Shown in pieces: positions 60,366 through 64,000 of a DNA stretch of 64,000 nucleotides; positions within the stretch are counted from its first letter, which is position 1, and every line of letters starts with the position of its first letter. Origin of the DNA: Candidatus Fibrimonadaceae bacterium (lineage in GTDB: Bacteria > Fibrobacterota > Fibrobacteria > Fibrobacterales > Fibrobacteraceae). The DNA lies in assembly GCA_031281275.1 (NCBI GenBank), contig JAITFP010000075.1:18056-82055 (forward strand), read 5' to 3'. Position numbers and translations under genes: made by a program. The notes under the pieces are model-generated. The model saw only the letters and a list, made by a program, of their open reading frames with translations. It was not told where the DNA came from and ran no database searches.

Positions 60366-62990
60366 CTATCTTTTTTCCAAATTATTGAGCATTTCTTCGT
60401 CCACAAGCATTTTTCTGGGCTTGCTGCCGTTTTGTTTGCCACAAATGCCCTCTGCCGTTAATTGATCCATCAACCTGCCTGCACGAGAAAAACCTAAGCT
60501 GAGCCGCCTTTGCAGGGTACTTATTGAAAGTTCCCCCGCTTCCAAGCCTATGCGTGCAGCTTCCCAGAACTTGGGGTCTTTGCTCTTAACAGGGGTAATA
60601 TTGGCTTCATCTTCGCCGTCAGCCTCCCCTGCTAAATCAAAAGATTCTATGCGCTCATAGTTCACATTCTGGCTTGAGCAAGCATTTGCAAGGGTTTCTA
60701 CCTCAGAATCCTTTAAAAATGCCCCGTGAATGCGCACAGGTTCGGGATTATCGTTGGAACGGAACAACATATCGCCTTTTCCAAGCAGTTTTTCTGCTCC
60801 CACACCGTCTAAAATGGTTTTAGAGTCCACATAAGAGGCTACCTTGAAACTTATGCGAGAAGGTAAATTTGCCTTTATAACGCCTGTTATCACATTTACA
60901 GAGGGTCTTTGGGTTGCTAAAACCAAATGAATTCCCACTGCCCTCGCTTTTTGCGCTATTCGTGCAATGCTCGTCTCTATTTCCTTGCCAGCCGTCATCA
61001 TAAGGTCTGCAAGTTCGTCTATTATCACAACAATAAAGGGCATAAGTTTTCGCTCTTCTTCTGGAACCTCTTCGCCCAGCTCCGATGCCTTGAATTTATC
61101 GTTGAAACCCTCTATGTTCCTCACCCTTGCCGTTGCCAAAACCTCGTATCTCCTGTCCATTTCAACGCAAAGCCATTTTAAAGCCTGCATTGCTACCTCT
61201 GGCGAAGTTATAACTGGGTGCAAGAGATGCGGAATGTCTTTGTACATAGCAAGCTCTACTACCTTTGGGTCAACCAAAATAAGGCGAACTTCATCGGGTG
61301 TTTTGCTGAAAAGAATACTTGCCAAAAGAACATTTATGCAAACAGATTTTCCAGCTCCGGTCTGTCCGGCAATTAGCAGATGCGGGGTTCTGGTTAAGTC
61401 TGTAACATAAGAATCACCCATAATGTCTTTGCCAAGCACCACTTGGATTTTCTTTGGGTCTTTGGTGAATTTCGCAGATTCAAGTATTTCACGCCCAAAA
61501 ACAATTTGGGGCTTGCGGTTTGGTATTTCTATTCCAACCGCGCTTTTGCCAGGTATTGAAGCTATAACTCTAACCGAGGCTGTTCTAAGCGTTAAAGCCA
61601 AATCGTCTGCCAAACTTTCAAACCTAGATACCTTTACCCCAGGACCAGGTTCTATTTCAAAGCGGGTAATTACGGGTCCGGTCATTATGCCTGTCACTTT
61701 GCCTTTTACCTTGAAATTATCCAATTGAGATTCTATGTCTTTGCCTATTTTTTGCAATTCTTCTTCTGTGTAATCTATGGTTTGGTCCGGAACAGGAGAG
61801 AGAATTTCTTGGATTAAGGGAATGCGGTATTCATCGTATTGTGTTAGAGCGCTTATGCTTGTTTCTAGTTGAGAGTTGAGAGTCGAGAGTTGAGAGTCTA
61901 TTTCTGGAAGTTGAGAGTTGTTTTCTATTGGAATTTCGATTGGTATTTCTTCATTATCACGCTTGCTCAGTAAACCCTCTATCTTAAGCTCTCCACCTTT
62001 TACGTCTTCCCATTTATTCATTTCTTCTATGCGTTTGTATTCGGCAAGTTCATCGCGCAAACGGCGAACTTGGCGTGGGTCTGTGGCACGTTCAAGTTCG
62101 CGGTTTATTTTTTCTATTGCATTTGCGGGAGTTTCTTCTACTGAAAGAATTTGAGTCTCCGTAGCAGGATTAAAAGGCTCTTTGTTTATAGGCAAATCTT
62201 CTTTTTCTTGTTTCCCAAAAGGCGAACCTTTAGCAGGTTTAACCGCTCCAAGCCTAACGGCAACAAAATCACCGGTATCGGGTTGCCTAATATATATGGT
62301 CACTTTTGGTTTTTCTCTTGCAAAATCAAAATTATAAAGCACTGTTTGAATACCAAATTTTATTTTTCTTGCTATTTCTGGCAAATGCCTCGGTTTTAAA
62401 CCAAAGCAAAAAGCGGTCATAACAATGCCAAGATATGAACAGAACAAAAGCCCGCCCGTATCTTGCCCAAAAATAGGCGGAAATATTCTTTTTGCCAAAA
62501 ACAAACCGATGAGACCCGCATATTCCCGCGAAACCATTTTAATATTCAGCGGAACATTTTTTAAAATATCTGGCATTATTATAGCCAAAATTACGCTGAA
62601 AAAAACATAAAGAAGCACAAAGCCAAAAGCATAATGACCGTAAGAAATAGTGCTTTCTTTTGGTGGATTGGAAACTTTTTTCAAAAAAAGCCAAATAATA
62701 AGGCAAAAGCAAGACAAAAGCAAAAATGTAAGGGGAAGAGGTCCAAATAAACACAACTCTATGTCTGCGAATTTTGCGGCATAAGGTCCAAAGAGATTTC
62801 TGTTTGTGTCTGGTTCTGAAAATAAGTCTCCAATTAAAAAAAGAACTGAAAAAACAAGGAATAGCGACAAAGAAACAAATAGCACCATAAGTTTCTCTCT
62901 GCCGCTACCATGAATTTTAGGCTCAACGGGAGAAGCTATGGTTCTAGTTCTTGCTTTGGATTTTTTTCTTTTTAAAGCTGTTCTGTGCAT
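60366..62990 (-). CDS. ftsK: DNA translocase FtsK/SpoIIIE
   Basis: 874 aa. N-terminal TM helices, linker with SQL repeats, motor domain LLIAGQTGAGKSVCIN, VVIIDELADLMM, and a C-terminal gamma winged helix LQRRLSLGFSRAGRLMDQL. Confidence 0.95.
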   Translation of the reverse strand: MHRTALKRKKSKARTRTIASPVEPKIHGSGREKLMVLFVSLSLFLVFSVLFLIGDLFSEPDTNRNLFGPYAAKFADIELCLFGPLPLTFLLLSCFCLIIWLFLKKVSNPPKESTISYGHYAFGFVLLYVFFSVILAIIMPDILKNVPLNIKMVSREYAGLIGLFLAKRIFPPIFGQDTGGLLFCSYLGIVMTAFCFGLKPRHLPEIARKIKFGIQTVLYNFDFAREKPKVTIYIRQPDTGDFVAVRLGAVKPAKGSPFGKQEKEDLPINKEPFNPATETQILSVEETPANAIEKINRELERATDPRQVRRLRDELAEYKRIEEMNKWEDVKGGELKIEGLLSKRDNEEIPIEIPIENNSQLPEIDSQLSTLNSQLETSISALTQYDEYRIPLIQEILSPVPDQTIDYTEEELQKIGKDIESQLDNFKVKGKVTGIMTGPVITRFEIEPGPGVKVSRFESLADDLALTLRTASVRVIASIPGKSAVGIEIPNRKPQIVFGREILESAKFTKDPKKIQVVLGKDIMGDSYVTDLTRTPHLLIAGQTGAGKSVCINVLLASILFSKTPDEVRLILVDPKVVELAMYKDIPHLLHPVITSPEVAMQALKWLCVEMDRRYEVLATARVRNIEGFNDKFKASELGEEVPEEERKLMPFIVVIIDELADLMMTAGKEIETSIARIAQKARAVGIHLVLATQRPSVNVITGVIKANLPSRISFKVASYVDSKTILDGVGAEKLLGKGDMLFRSNDNPEPVRIHGAFLKDSEVETLANACSSQNVNYERIESFDLAGEADGEDEANITPVKSKDPKFWEAARIGLEAGELSISTLQRRLSLGFSRAGRLMDQLTAEGICGKQNGSKPRKMLVDEEMLNNLEKR

Positions 62991-63004
62991 TTCTCTCGCT
63001 AGGA

Positions 63005-63016
63005 AAGATAGAAAAA
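63005..63016 (-). promoter_or_regulatory. TTTTTCTATCTT element 14 nt upstream of the ftsK ATG
   Basis: Minus-strand reading CAAATTTTTCTATCTTTCCTAGCGAGAGAAATG. Confidence 0.3.
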
Positions 63017-63027
63017 TTTGACAGTGA

Positions 63028-63040
63028 TTTTTTCTACATT
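63028..63040 (+). promoter_or_regulatory. TTTTTTCTACATT element 7 nt upstream of the rlmN ATG
   Basis: Same variant as upstream of smc. Confidence 0.4.
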
Positions 63041-63047
63041 CCCCCTA

Positions 63048-64000
63048 ATGAAATTTCAAGATATAAAATCTCTTTCGCAAGAAGAATTGCGCCAGTTTCT
63101 TTTGGAAAATGGGCACAAGCCTTATAGAGCAGAGCAGATTCGCACTTGGGTTTTCAAGCAAAAAATGCAAACTTACGAAGGTTTAAATGTTCCAGCAGAG
63201 CTTTGCCACTTGCTGGAAAACAGTTTTAGCATAAAATCGCTCAGAGAAGAATTAAAAATGCAGTCTGCGGACGGTACCATAAAATGGCTTTACAAAACAA
63301 CAGATAATTTACCCGTTGAAACGGTTATGATACCAACAGAAACAAGAGCCTCTGTTTGCGTATCCACTCAATCTGGCTGTGCTATGGGTTGTGCTTTTTG
63401 CCGCACTGGAAGCATGAAACTTAACCGTTCTCTTGAAGCAGGTGAAATTTTGGAACAGATAATAAATGCCATGAGAGAAAAAACGGTTACAAATGTGATT
63501 TTTATGGGTATGGGCGAGCCTCTTATGAATTTGGAGGCGGTTCACAGGGCTTGCGTTTGCCTGCACGACCAAAAAACTTTCTCAATGGGCAAAGGACGCT
63601 TAACTATTAGTACCAGCGGCATTGTTCCAAAAATAGCGGAACTTTTGGATAGAGGCACGCCTTGCCAACTGGCTGTGAGCCTTGTTGCAGCAGACAATGA
63701 AACCAGAGGAAGCCTTATGCCTGTGAACAAAACTTGGGACTTAACTGAGCTTTTGAAAGCCATAGATAATTATATGGAAAAAAGCGGCGAATGGGTAACC
63801 CTTGAATATATTTTGATAAAAGATAAAACTTGCACAAAAACTGCGGCAAAAAATTTAACTCGCATAGTTAAACCCAGAAGATGCAAAGTTAATGCAATTG
63901 TTTTAAACGATAATGAGAATCCTGAATTGCAAGCTCCTTCCGAACAAGAGGTGAATGAATTTCTAAATTTAGTAAGAGCAGAGTCCGTGCAAATAAATAT
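63048..64000 (+). CDS. rlmN: 23S rRNA/tRNA (adenine-C2) methyltransferase RlmN, radical SAM (3' end runs off window)
   Basis: Hand translation: MKFQDIKSLSQEELRQFLLENGHKPYRAEQIRTWVF...VCVSTQSGCAMGCAFCRTG...NVIFMGMGEPLMN...TISTSG. Open to the window end, so absent from the ORF track. Confidence 0.9.
   Translation, partial: MKFQDIKSLSQEELRQFLLENGHKPYRAEQIRTWVFKQKMQTYEGLNVPAELCHLLENSFSIKSLREELKMQSADGTIKWLYKTTDNLPVETVMIPTETRASVCVSTQSGCAMGCAFCRTGSMKLNRSLEAGEILEQIINAMREKTVTNVIFMGMGEPLMNLEAVHRACVCLHDQKTFSMGKGRLTISTSGIVPKIAELLDRGTPCQLAVSLVAADNETRGSLMPVNKTWDLTELLKAIDNYMEKSGEWVTLEYILIKDKTCTKTAAKNLTRIVKPRRCKVNAIVLNDNENPELQAPSEQEVNEFLNLVRAESVQIN

Noticed and set aside
61860-61925. Microsatellite-like GAGAGTTGAGAGTCGAGAGTTGAGAG tract
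   Set aside because: It lies in frame within ftsK and encodes the SQLxxxxSQLSTLNSQL linker between the membrane and motor domains. This is a low-complexity linker, not a regulatory repeat.
1-64000. rRNA, tRNA, tmRNA, riboswitch or group II intron/retron signatures
   Set aside because: Intergenic regions are short (mostly under 120 nt). None showed cloverleaf-like stems, conserved riboswitch cores or reverse-transcriptase ORFs on visual inspection. Covariance-model scans would still be needed to exclude small RNAs.

Overview
AT-rich bacterial chromosomal window, very likely from a Fibrobacterota (Fibrobacter-like) genome. It encodes a fibro-slime domain protein, a 'Fibrobacter succinogenes major paralogous domain' protein, GH5 cellulases and three proteins ending in T9SS-type C-terminal sorting domains. 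Housekeeping genes recognised from motifs: rfbD (partial), smc, a lipid kinase, recB, recC, trkH/trkA, an ABC ATPase, cpoB/ybgF, ftsK and rlmN (partial). I saw no rRNA, tRNA, CRISPR array, transposase or integrase. Accessory content in window order: (1) an orphan TssF/TssG-like pair translationally coupled to a lipoprotein; (2) a 7-gene envelope-glycan operon with three paralogous GT-C-like membrane proteins sharing a novel N-terminal domain; (3) a 12.6-kb one-strand cluster of two GH5 cellulases, a CBM-like protein, three very large outer-membrane beta-barrels, a lipoprotein and a GH18-like protein; (4) a 2.1-kb island splitting recC from recB, with a YoeB toxin whose upstream partner is a voltage-sensor domain fused to a YefM-like tail; (5) the most unusual region, 45.2-53.6 kb, with six genes built from 24-aa DUF4116-type repeats. 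One of these is fused to a sigma-70 region-2-like module and two to a transmembrane-less MotA cytoplasmic domain. They are interrupted by a small island carrying an AAA/PD-(D/E)XK protein. A recurrent TTTTCTAyATT element lies 6-14 nt upstream of many start codons, suggesting an extended -10 promoter and largely leaderless mRNAs. All homology calls come from reading the translations and from remembered family motifs, not from searches.
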